A stretch of 64,000 nt of DNA from Sarea resinae. Taxonomy: Eukaryota. The notes below the pieces were generated by a model. It was given only the letters and a program-made list of their open reading frames with translations, ran no database searches and was not told the origin of the DNA. Location of the stretch: contig JAPEUD010000012.1 in NCBI GenBank assembly GCA_026026165.1, positions 186,001-250,000 on the forward strand, written 5' to 3'. Positions 34,322 to 47,805 of this stretch are shown here, in pieces. Made by a program: the position numbers and the translations under genes. The stretch's first letter is position 1, and every line of letters begins with the position of its first letter.

Positions 34322-36023
34322 GATGACGATCCACACCTCTCAAGAGTCTGAAAATACCAGACGCTCGCAGAATCTTAGCTTCGATTTGAGAGCTGGAGCA
34401 ATTGTCCACTCTTTTGGGAGGAAAGGAAAAGCCTGGAGAGAATCTTTGCTGGTAATGAAGAATCGCCCGCGACGGTAGAAGTGTGATATCCTTGTATCTG
34501 ATAGACTGCTTCAGAAGAGATATCAGATCAATTCTACTCAGCTCAATCCAATCCTCTTGCCAAGAGCTATGAAATCATCTCTCTTAACGAAACATGGCTG
34601 GAGTCACCACTGCATCGCAGCTCTTAACGTCTTCTTAAATAAAGACTAGCTGAGCCAGTTGATCTAAACGGCACTGGGCAACACCCCTCGACTTCGGACC
34701 CCCGAATCCCCTTTACCCCGCCGTTGCTATTACGCCATAAAAAAGTATTCTCAGTCCGGCCTCTCGGGCTTCGTGCATTGTCTGCTTACATCAAACAGTG
34801 GTCCTCTGCCTTCCCCCTTCTGGATTTTGAAAGCTAACGGCAGATGATGCGACCCGAGATATTGGCACACAGGACCGAGAAAACTCGCAGAGGGACAGAG
34901 AGCTACTGCGGCACTGCGGCAAAACCGTTAGATGATCGCTCTGGAAGTCGTTGATTTAAATGGGGCGGCTATTGCGCGCCCGTTGATCATGCCTGATTTC
35001 TCCAGCCAGCTCCTGTCGTGGCACGAACGATGGCAGGATAAGAATTCCGAGAAAAGTCGGGACCCTGAATGCGATCATTATTTCCACCTACGAGAAGCAA
35101 AGGAGTAGTATCAGTGGTATCTAATCTCATCGATTTACAGCTCATAAACACATACTAGAGGGTGGCTCCTTGCGTCGGGGTACCGCGCCGTGCTTTGCCC
35201 CACGCACCTTAAAACTGGCTGTAGCCTAATCCACGGATGAGATGCGTGTTGATGCAGTACTAGGCATCCATGAATGCGGGGCGGACTTAAGGCTCTCGGC
35301 TAAGTTGCCCTGCCCTTCTGATTCTTACTGCGCGGTAGATGATCGGATAAGTTGCCGCTCATTTATCCAAACAGATACTGAGGTAGTGGGCTGAGGTACC
35401 TTAGCCTTCACCTCCTTCCAGCTGGAGGGAGACGAGCTGGTGGGGCTAGACAGTTGGCGGATATAAGGAGATTGCGGGAGAGGAGAGGTTTTCGGTTGGT
35501 CCGGAAGAGATAGACGCCGGGAGAAATCATGATGAGCCTGATGCGATGCCATGAGAGTGGCCGGGGGCATGATATCACTTCTGTGACTCGCCTCGTTCCA
35601 TTACGATGCCTTGTCATGCCAGTCAGCACGATTCCATGTCGTTTGAGGCTATGCGCGAACCCGACGAAGCGGTCTTATGGCGGTAATGGTGATCGGGAGT
35701 GTTAAGGGTGTTAATGCCCCGAATCGGTGAGATTCACTCGAGTAGGGAACGTAAAGGAGAATGAGGCCTTGAAGCCTACAATGTGAGCGGCATACTGGAG
35801 TAGATGAAGAGCTTCGTTGCGTAGAGAGATGTATGATGAAAAAAAATGTTTTGATAAGCACGGGAAACCATGGCTGGTAAGCCTAGAGTCAACGCCACGC
35901 TTCGCCCCCGCTTCTTTGGGTGCTTCTAAACATGCACAGTTGATTTGATGCAACGCCGTCAACGACAGGGGAAACGCCTGAGAAACCACCCCGCCTCTTT
36001 TCTTAATGGATAGAAATAGGCTT

Positions 36024-37313
<1,290 letters not shown>

Positions 37314-37793
37314 TGCGACTGCGACAGGCCGGCAACGCTGAGTATCTGATCAACGCGGTCGCAAATCGAGGGTCAAATATGGTGGTGTTGAGTGCGCAAA
37401 ATACGACAAACAATGAAATCTGGGTACTTTGGTACATCCCGAAGTTTTTATCGATAGGCGAATGCCTTATGAGCACAGGCCGCAGCTTCAGGTTGTGGAT
37501 GCTAGTGACTAATCTAGACAAATAACTGTCTGTGGGATTGAGATAGAAATATAAGCCACAGATACTTCTATGCTGATGATTGATGGTCTGATCGAATTAT
37601 TCACAATGTTCATATTCAATATGGCCTATAGATTTTCATATGCCTGGAAAAATATCAGCAAGCAACGCTTATATGCGCCAAAGACAGCAAATATTAACGC
37701 CCGCTGTCCCGCTCCATCTGCCTGCCTGCCAGACACAGCATAGCTATGCCTATATACAATACTCGAAAATCCAGCGAACCTATCTGGGATGAC

Positions 37794-40035
37794 TCATGCA
37801 GATATTGAGCCGCTAACAGGGGTGCTCGAGTTTCGTAGATGAGCACTAGAGCCTCTGAAAAGGCTTTGCCAAATAAAGGCCTCGCTGAGGAGGAGCTCAA
37901 TGTCTTTTTCCGTCCAGTCCCGAGTAGGAAGGGCTTGCAGAAACATCATAATCTCCTAGATTTGAGAGAAATTTGATTGTTAATCTTGAGTAGGGAGACA
38001 GAATGGGAAGAAGAGAAGAGTACCTGGAAGTCCATTTTCAAAAGCTGTTCGGACCACTTGACGAGGAAGGCCGCACAGACGTAAACATGGAATTCGGAGA
38101 ATCCCTGGTCTTCGGCCTACGTTTGTTAGATCTTCTTGTTGGCCTTCAAAGAACTGGGTGTGAAGTCCGTACCATATACGTATCCCACATTCTGATTGTA
38201 TTCTTGACGCTGACTTCTCGCATTAGGAGGCAATTCATCCATCGAAAGCTGAATTGAATGAATTCGACGCCTTCCTTTTCCAGGTGGTTGGCAAGACCCG
38301 AATCTATCCGCTTCGTAAGGTCTCTAAGCGCAGCGACTTGGCGCTGTATTCCAGGCTGAGCAAAGATGTAATTATCTTGGATCCCGTCCAAGAGCTTCGT
38401 CAGACACCAGAAAGAGTCCGCCTCGACAGCATCTAATACCGATTTTGGGAGCTGGCCCGGATCCATGCCGCTTTCGATGTCGGAATCTGTGATATAGCTC
38501 GCCAAGAAGACTTGCCAGAACGGTGTAACTAGGTCATTGATGCCCTGAACATAGCCACTAGCTGGATGCCGGATAGCCCATACGTATAGGATGCGTTCGA
38601 GTGATCTTTGGGTGGCTTCATAGCCATACAGCTCTAGATGAGGATTTGTGCGAGGCACGTCAATACTTATTTGGTGCCAGATTGCCTCGTCTAGGCCCCG
38701 CCCTCTTGCAGCTTTTCCCGGGGTTACCGAGGAAGCCCCTGGAAACCCTGCGGCTGCAGCAGTCTGACTAGCTGAGGTGCCACGTTCTAGGGCTTGTCTT
38801 ACACCATCGAGATACTCTCTTCGCTTTCTTTCAAGAGTTGCCACACGTCTCTCACTGCTAGTTGGCAGATACCCTAGCAGCAGTTGCCAAGACATAGCAC
38901 GGACTTCTTTCGGAATACCAGACCACGATAAATCTCGTAGTTCGGATAGCGGTATCGAGCTCGTTTGCAGTATACGCTTGAACTTATTAATTCGAGATAT
39001 TCTTGAAGAATGAGCTTCGAGCTCCTTAGGCGTGGCATTGACCGGCACGGGTGGGTGATGGATGAGATGCAAGGAATTTGCTGTATCTAGAGAATGACGT
39101 CAAAAGATTGTCGATTTGCGAAGCACATTGTTGCTCACCTTTCAGTATGTCCTTGTACTGTGGTCGTAAGATCTTCCCTTCGCTCTTCTTTGTCGTAGGA
39201 TAGCTTGGTGGTCCTCGCTCTTCAGCAATATCCGCACTATTGGCCCTTCTCCGGCCAGAACCCTGCTCTGTAGGCAGAACGTCTATGGTTTGATGGTGTA
39301 GAAAATTCGTCAGTTCACCACCAGGGTCGTTGCTTTTATTGTTCGGTAAGCGTTTCCCTTTCCTTCTCATGCTTGCAATGCTAGGCAACCCAAATTCGTC
39401 CTCGTCATCGTCGAAAGTAAAACCGCCGTCCTCCTCGTTATCATCCTCTGCAGTCCAATCATCGTTTGTATAGGGAATGAATTCGTTGTAATTTCTTCGT
39501 GGAGGGGACGATATTCCGGGTATATGCTTCGTAAGTGGGGGTATACTTTTGTTTCGGCTTCCGCTATAAGAGGTCCTGGATGGGGGGCTCAAAGGACGAG
39601 AGGAGCTTCCTGAAAGAGAACTTTGAGACGTATCAGCATCCAAGCCGCAAATTTGGGGTGCCGGCTAGCTCACAGTGAGTCAAAGTTGACCATGTCCGCG
39701 TGGGAGTAGGATGCGCCAACGACTGTTCCAGGCTCATAGCTTTTCTCCGACTCGCGGCGACTATGTGACGGCCGACTTCTCCAAAAGGGGGACGAAGACC
39801 TGCTACAGCGCGACTATGTCAGAATTGATCTGATAGTATATAAGCAGAGCGGAATGAGCGAGAAAAGGCCAGCATACTCGGAGCGTCCTAGAACAGCACA
39901 TCCGGGACGTTAGCAAGGTGATCAGTACAGGCGCAATCAAATAGTATCGCAGACAAGGCTTCATTCATGGAAAGTGAATCCCCTGGAGGAAGATAGGCAG
40001 CATGAAGGAGAGGAATACGAACCAACCTGAACCAT
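37794..40035 (-). CDS. GYP1: Rab GTPase-activating protein Gyp1 (TBC domain); multi-exon, 5' end modelled with a 13-nt first exon and a 10-nt microexon
   Basis: Motifs LR.LSWSGIP.EVR..SWQLLLGYLP, QISIDVPRTNP, HPASGYVQGINDL, EADSFWCLTKLLDGIQDNY, QFSFRWMNCLLMRE, RMWDTYM and IMMFLQ.LPT..W. The 5' exons are less certain than the TBC exons. Confidence 0.88.
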
Positions 40036-40593
40036 CTCCTAAAGAGCAGTGGGTATTAGCATGTGCGATGTGGACAATGACAACATCAATGACAGCGGGC
40101 ACACGATTGCTCACCTGCTGAGGCTTCTTCCCGCCACCCATATTCAGGACATGAGTCAATTGAGAGTGAGTAAAAATGATGTTGATAGATCAAGACATTG
40201 CCGTCTTTGCCTGTTGGGATTATTATCGAACATGATGCCTCTGCTCCCCCACAATGACATTACACAGAGACACCCCATACACGAAGTATCTCCACCGCGA
40301 GATTACACGCGAAGGGTACATAGAGCTCGTCACAGCAGCTAGCCCGTTGCCTGCTCTGGTCCTGGGGCACTCGTTTAGGTCTAGCGCCTCAACTGAGCTG
40401 AACTTCACTTTCGAGAACACTTCACGCGAACTTCCTCACCTTTCATCACCTTCTCCTTCAACCACTGGAGCTAACGGCAATCTCAAATTTCTGGATTAGC
40501 CATTCTTCTTTCCTATCCAGCCTTAAGACCTGCAGCTCGGACTCTCACGATCGTCTCCACTTTGATACCGTTCATCCTGTAGTACCCGCAGCC

Positions 40594-43500
40594 ATGACGG
40601 AACCGGAGGATCTTGATGAAGATCTCTTTGCGGATCTGTGAGTACAACCGAGTTCCAACCATTAGATCCCGAGGCACTGATATCTGATCGCCCATATCTA
40701 GGTACGATGGAGATGACAGCATTCCTAAGCCGACTGCAGCACAGCCTGAGACCACTGAGCCAGAGGCTACTCCTTCAGGCTTGACGCAAAATCAAGCAGA
40801 GGCTCCGAATGAAGAATCGCAGCTTGAAGCACCTACTGAGGATCAGATTAGCGGCGCTCATGAAGACCAGCAGATGTACGGCAATGGCTCGAACGAGCAG
40901 GCCGAGGCCACATGGGATGGTGGAAATACAAATGATTTCGGAGAAGGATCGGGCGATCAGAATGCCCACGGACCTGGAATTAAGGAGGACGGGTAAGTTT
41001 TTTTTTTCTTGCAGTATGTTATTGATTACTGCATTTTCGTATCTTTTGCCGGTCTCGGAACTGCCTGGAACACCTATCGGTCGAATCTTCTCAATTCCTG
41101 GGAACCCCGATTACATCGTGCTTTTGTGAAGCACGATTCCTATCATTTGCAGGGCTCGCCTGCTCCTACGGCTTCGTGAGCTTGAGTCATGTGTCAGGGC
41201 TCCGCATCTACGCTTTACCCGCGAGCGATGAACTCGAGCACTAGATTTACCGAGCATGTCTAGTTGGTGGGGGCACAAGAAGGATGCGTTGGAGAATCAA
41301 GCTCGGCTTCACTCCCATACCTCTTGAATCACGGTCTTGCATTGGCTGAGATGGGAAACAAACGCCTGCTGGTGAAGTGGCGAGAGCGAGATTGCGGGTA
41401 CAAATATCGGGCTCTCTTGTTGGTGTCTATCAGGCGTGGACATACTCTGGCAGTTGGAGACTAGACGGCGGCTTGGAACTCTGAAGGAGAATCCGGAGGG
41501 GTTGAGGTCGAGAAGCCACTCAAAGCGAGCATTAGAACTGGTACATCACCTCGTACACTTACTTGACCGTCGACGGCAGCCATTGTTGCCTACTACTGCT
41601 ACATAGCTTGTCGATATATACTTGATAGAGCAGACAGACACTGGACAGCAGAACTGGACACAAGATAGGCCATCCTAGCATGCTTGGAGCAATTCGCGAG
41701 TAGCGATCGGGATCAGTACCTAGCACTCGACTTCATAGCAAAACAGAGACGCTTCAACGGAGCCTTCAATGTGCCTCTCGCTTTGAATGGGAAAGAAAAG
41801 ACAGCATGCTAAGCAAAGATGCGCATGATCGTCGAAGACTTCGCCGCCGAATCGAACGCCCAGATGGTGGGGTTGGATCTGCCATTTGCCCCATGCCTCA
41901 TTCCTGTCCTGCGCCTAGACGTGACTAGGCATGGTAAACACGGTATAAACCAACGAACCATATCAGTACTACGATATCCTTCCACCGGGACAACAACGAA
42001 ATAGACCGGACCAGACTTCAACGCAACCTGTCGGACAAGATAGTTGGATCATGAACTAGACATCTTTCATTATATTCAAGATGAGAGAGGCCTTATATCA
42101 TCCTAAGTGGGCGAATTGGACGCTGTTTTTCGCCGATGTACCGGAATCACTGCCCACTGGACTTACAACATTGCGATAGAAACCTTCGAGATGCTTTTTA
42201 AATCGCTATTGCTTTTACTGTTGCTTTATTTTTGGCTTGGCGAGATTTTCACTAGCTGACAGGCCGTGATATATTTTGTAGGAAAATGTTTATTGGTGGT
42301 CTGAATTGGGAGACAACGGATCGTGGGTTATCACCTCATCTGACACTATTTGTGTCCTTGACCTTACACGTACTGACTACGGACTACTAGAATCACTGAA
42401 AGATTATTTCTCTCAGTTTGGAGAGGTCGTTGAATGCACTGTCATGCGCGATGGAGCTACGGGGCGCTCGCGCGGCTTTGGTTTCCTCACCTTCAGGGAT
42501 CCAAAGACCGTCAACATAGTCATGGTCAAAGAGCACTACTTGGATGGCAAAATTGTAAGGCGTAGCATTCTCATTTCAGAGAAGAACCGTCGTATCTTCA
42601 GATTCACGGTCATTTTCCAAAGGCATGAAGGCTAACTCAGTGATTTAGATCGATCCCAAGCGCGCTATTCCTCGCGACGAACAAGAGCGTACGAGCAAAA
42701 TATTTGTTGGGGGTGTTAGTCAGGAGGCTACTGAGCAAGATTTCAAAGAGTATTTTACGCAATTCGGCCGAGTGGTCGATGCAACCCTTATGATGGACAA
42801 AGACACGGGCAGACCGCGAGGTTTTGGATTTGTCACATTCGATAGCGAGGCCGCCGTGGAGAATACCCTCGACCGACCATTGGAGATCCACGGAAAGCCG
42901 ATCGAGGTCAAGAAAGCCCAGCCAAGAGGCAACGTCCGGGACGACGACGACCGTGGTGACCGGAAATTTAACCGTCGCGGTAGGGATGAGAAGGGCGGAC
43001 GAGAGGGTGATCGTCAAGGCGGGGCTGGCGACGTCAGCAGCCAAGGTCAAAATCAGCAAAACTCCCAGGGTATGTACGGGAGTGGCATGACTCCCCAAAT
43101 GATGGCGCAGTATTGGCAACGCATGCAGCAATATTTTGCGATGATGCAACAGCAGATGGCTGCCAGCGTCACTCAGGGTCGAGGCGGGATGGGAGGCCCC
43201 ATGGGCATGAGTGGTATGGACGGTATGGGCGCCGGCGGCATGAATCCAGCTATGATGCAGCAGCAAATGCAGGCTATGCAGGGCATGGGGCGGGGTCAAG
43301 GCATGTCTGGATCCCAGAGCCCCGGTGCGCAGAGTCCTGGTCCGCAAAATTTGCAAGGCATGCAGAACATGTCTGGAATGAACCCAGCTATGATGCAGCA
43401 AATGCAGCAGATGCGCCAGATGCAAATGCAGCAGATGCAAATGCAGCAGCAACAAAAGCAAGGGCAACAGTCGCCTGGCGACTTTGGAGGCAGTCCTGGC

Positions 43501-44064
43501 CCTGCAGCCATGGGCTACGGCGGCAACCAAGGAATGGGTGGCGGAGGTATGAATGGATTCAACGGCGGAAGTGCTGGCGGTGGTGCTGGTGGTGGTGCTG
43601 CTGCTGCTGCTGCTGCTTCTGTCGCTGGAGCGGCTGCTCAACATCCGGGTTACAACGCACAAGAACAACTCATGTTCGAGCAGCGGAAATATGAACAGCA
43701 GCAAGCTCGTCGAGCTCGCGAACAGCAATCATATGGACAGTATGGCCAAGGTGGCCCCACCTCATGGGAAGGCATGTACGATGATGTCCCGCAGCCCCAT
43801 ATACCACAAGGCCCCGCAGCAGGAGTACGTGGTATCCCGACCCAACCGGGTGGAGGATTCGGACGCCAAATGTCTCCCGGCCAAGCTGGACGAGGTGCCG
43901 GTGCTGGTGGACGAGGTTCACAGGGTTCGATGACGCCACAACCCCAGAGTGCACCGCCTGCGAATGCGCCGACAGGGCCAAAGAACGCGGGGAAGCCGGG
44001 AGCGAACTACCGGGGCGGAGGGAGAGGAGGACACAGAGGGTTCCATCCTTATTCAAGGGGTTGA
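40594..44064 (+). CDS. HRP1: Hrp1/Nab4-Musashi-type twin-RRM hnRNP protein; exons 40594-40637, 40702-40992, 42282-42322, 42391-42554, 42649-44064
   Basis: RRM1 (KMFIGGLNWETT...RSRGFGFLTF) and RRM2 (KIFVGGV...RPRGFGFVTF), a Q/M/G-rich low-complexity tail, and C-terminal RGG plus a PY-NLS (RGFHPY). All junctions in frame. Confidence 0.88.
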
Positions 44065-45251
44065 CTTGCGAGTTGTTCCTGTGTGGCTGGTGGTGGATGT
44101 TGCTTTTAGATGCCCTTCTCTTGCTGCCGCAGCATCTTCACTCTTCACTTGTCTTTCTCTTCTCCTCTCTTAGGGTAGGTTGTATGACTGGCGCTTTTCT
44201 AATCTACGGAATTCGTTTTCATTTCGCCATTTCGTTTGTCCCTACATAAAGGCCGCGTGGTACGTCGCTGATGGATGACTATCGCCTTTGAAACTTTTCT
44301 AATCTCCGAATGATCTTGGTCACTGCATGTGAGCTGTTTGCTTCGGCGTATGCTGGCCTCGTTGATCGTTTCGAATGGTCTCGTGATTGGTTGATGGCGA
44401 GAGCCAGTATAGAGATTATCAGAGAAGCTGTAGGCCCGTATCTGTCTTGCTCTCCGATATTCTAGACGTTGCGACGAAGCTTGTAGCCATTGATGTTGGC
44501 CTTGAGGACTGTTATGATTCCCTGGATTCGCCCACTTGGGGTGAAGATATTTATAGCACGTAGCCAGGAACAAGATTCGGTAAACTACCTCCTTACTCTG
44601 TCCTCAAGCCCCTCAAGCCCTAGAGTCCAAGGTATTCCTGATTCCTGGCCCCTGGACCTCTGGACCCTTAGACCCCTAGACCTCCTCAACCTATTTGACC
44701 TGGATGCTGCGGCATGTTTTCTTGTTTCTTGTCCAATTGACCATGGTCTATCCAGCCACAATGCAGGCCATGGTACCGATCATTGCGATGCCTTTATCTC
44801 GGATAAGCTGAGTGCACAGCATCCATGGAGCGAACCTGTTTCGGGTCTCTGTCATGCAAGGCCACGCCAATTGTCCTCCCCATCTGTCGCCACCAGAGCC
44901 AGCGTGGCTGCATCTGCATCTGCATCTGCGTCTGCATCTGGACTCAACAATGTGGCGGCTGAGTCGATTGCCGTTCATGGTCTTTCCTACTGCTCTCGTC
45001 GCGTTCTAACCTCATCGTCTGCCTCATCCTTCGCTACCATCCATCTCTCGTCGTTTTGGTTTTGGTTCGTGTCATCATCTAATGTGCAATTGCATCTTCA
45101 TCGATCCATCTCATGCTTCTTTGGCGCGCTTCCTCAATCGTTCAACAGTCTGGCATCTTTGAGCTCGCCGGCGGACGGCAAGATTTTGATTGAGTTCTAG
45201 ACTGTAGATATCTTATCAATTCTCTCTTTCCATCTCCACCAAGAAACCAGC

Positions 45252-46407
45252 ATGATGCGTCTCCCACGCGCAATCGCAATTTTGGCCGTCCTTCCCACAG
45301 TCCTCTGCACCACCTCCTCCAAACGCGGCCTATGTTTCGTCCCTAGCCAACAGCACCCTTCAGACGACAACATCTGGGACTCGTCGACCTCAGACCTAAC
45401 ATGGTACTACAACTACGGCGCCACGCCCTCGACTGCCTTCAACAACGCAACACACCTGCAATTCGTGCCGATGCTGTGGGGCGCGCCGGCAAACAGCACC
45501 GACACGTCCTTCTCCGGCGCCATAACGGCGCAACTGGCGGCAGGCGCAAACATAAGCTCGCTGCTGTCCTTCAACGAGCCGGACTCCTCTGCGGACGGAG
45601 GCTCTGGCGTCCCCGCCCTCCTCGCCGCCCAGACCTGGATCCGCGAGCTGGAGCCCCTGCGCACCAAACACAACCTGTCGCTGGGCGCGCCGGCCGTGAC
45701 GGGATCGCCGCAGGGCTTCACATGGCTGCAGGAATTCTTCACCGCGTGCAATGGGAACTGCACGGCTGACTTCATCCCGGTGCATTGGTACGGCGATTTC
45801 GGCGGGTTGGCCAGCCATATCGGTCAGGTCAGAGCCGCGTACGGGAATATGAGTATCTGGGTGACGGAATTCGCGGAGCCGGGCGTCAATTTGGCCGAGA
45901 GCGAGACGTTTTATAATCAGAGCTCTTCGTACTTTGATCGGATAGAGTGAAGCTCCCTCCCTTTCTCTTTTTCTTGTCTTTCTTGTGCCACGCGTTATCT
46001 TCTTATCACCCGATTACCTCATTCCTCGCATCCATCTAGCTCGCTCCCCCATATCGCCGCGGCCCCTTCGCTTCCTTACCATCTCATCCCATCCTACCTA
46101 CCAGAAGAAGGCGAAACCAAAGAAGAAGAAAAATACTAACCCCCATTTCTTCCCAAGCTACATAACGCACTACTCATACTTTGGAGCCTTCCGGAGCTCG
46201 GCCTCGAACGTCGGGCCCAACGCCGCCATGCTGACGAAGAAGGGCAAGCTGACCGACATCGGCAGCTGGTACCTGGGCGGCGCGAGCACGGGCAACAAGC
46301 CGTCGTCGGCGCCGCAGCGGACGGTCTCGTCGTCGATGTTTGGTGGGGTGGGACTTTGGGGTATGGGGCTGATGTGGGTATTGGTGGTCGGGGTGGGAGT
46401 TTGGTAG
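45252..46407 (+). CDS. Secreted, probably GPI-anchored GH128 beta-1,3-glucanase (Asl1-like); exons 45252-45946, 46158-46407
   Basis: Signal peptide, then SSKRGL, WYYNY, FVPMLWG, FNEPD, LGAPAV, HWYG and IWVTEF (catalytic Glu motifs of GH128), followed by YSYFGAF and a hydrophobic C-terminus. The intron has a TACTAAC branch at 46134-46140. Confidence 0.87.
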
Positions 46408-47805
46408 ACGGGGTAGGGGGGAAGGAAAGGGGGAGAGAGATAAAAAGAGGGCCGGAAAGAAGACACCGAAGACAGCAAATCACCCACCTACCTACCTACC
46501 TACCTACCTAACCATCTACCTACGTACCTCGACATCCCAGCGACACAATTAGAGATAATCATTCCCACCACCACTACCCCCTTCTCTCCCTTCCATCACA
46601 GCACCAAAACCACGCCGGCTCCTCCAAAACCTCTAGACAAAACGAAATCGAAACGAGAATTAGACCCTGGCCACAAAGTGTCCTTACAGAATATCATCTG
46701 AGGAAAGCTTTCCTAGCTATTGGTGGAGGTAGAGTAAAGTAAAGTGAAGTAAAGTGATGGTGATTGATCTCGCTCGCTCCCTGGCGACTCACGGACCTCT
46801 CTCCCGGCCTACCCACCTGGCCGGCTTGGCCTGGCCTGGCCTGGCCTGGCATACCTAGCTCTCTCTCGTGCACAGAAGGAAATACAAGACCTCTAGTTGA
46901 AGACTTATGCATCCTGAAAGATAGACCGGGCAAAAAGACATAAAGATAAAACGCTAGAAGGGGGATCGGGGGTGAAGAGATATGTAAAAGAGAGAAAAGG
47001 CAAAGAGAGAGACATCAGACAACAGGCATCAAACAAAATCGGCAGAACTAAAAAAGCCTCCCCGAGCCGGAGAAAGAAAAGAAAACAAAAGAAAAGAAAA
47101 GAAAAGAAAAGGGTACACCACCACACTACCGTACCCAAATTGTATTTCCAGTGATTTAGAAAATTCGTTAATATTTTTTTCTCTATAAATCTCGGTAAGG
47201 TCCGGTATAAAATAGACCAAACCTGTTCCACCGAGGGAGGGCCGGGCCAAAAAAGACTACTATAACCCGGATCGTCCGCGTTACGATCGATTTGTCTACT
47301 ACATATATGCGCAGTGCTTGCTCCTCGTATTCTCCTATCTCTCGTATTCGAAACGAGGTTTTGTATTGATTATCGAGACCTATCCCCCTCCCCGCCCCCC
47401 CCCTATCACAAAACCAAACCAGAGATGCCCAAGCCAGACCAGAGATGCCCAGACCAGACCAGACCAAACCAGCCCTAAACACGGAAAAAGAAACGACCAA
47501 CCCAGCGATTCCCAGCCACGAAAAGAAAAAAAAATAACGAGATTAGAATCTCTCAGCCCGATGAATGGAGAAGAAAAGGGAGGAAAGTGAGATGGACGGG
47601 GAAGATAGAAGGCAGAATCGTGGTATCGATGCCGAGGCTTTCGTACGCCTGTTTGATCGATATGTCTGATCGCCATCGCCATTGGCATCGCCATCGCCGA
47701 CACCCTGAATCCCGCACATCCGCGCTGCCACCCTTCCCAATCCGCCATCCACACGGTCCAAACAACCAGAGTGCCATCAAGTGAGCAAGCCATGCCAACC
47801 CCCCA

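Noticed and set aside
35525..35650. ATGATGA as a box C of a C/D snoRNA (also TGATGA words on the minus strand at ~7655-7835)
   Set aside because: No suitably spaced terminal CTGA with a closing stem or recognisable rRNA guide could be established by eye.
41330..41400. GCTGAGA in the HRP1 intron as a possible TPP riboswitch
   Set aside because: The downstream ATACC and GAACTTGAT...TAAT...AGCG core is absent, and the host gene is unrelated to thiamine.
42637..43728. 363-aa minus-strand ORF
   Set aside because: Antisense shadow of the low-complexity HRP1 last exon. The His/Leu richness mirrors ATG/CAG codons.
44490..45200. 236-aa ORF upstream of the GH128 gene
   Set aside because: Non-ATG start, built from simple repeats (ASASAS, LDL repeats) in promoter/leader DNA.
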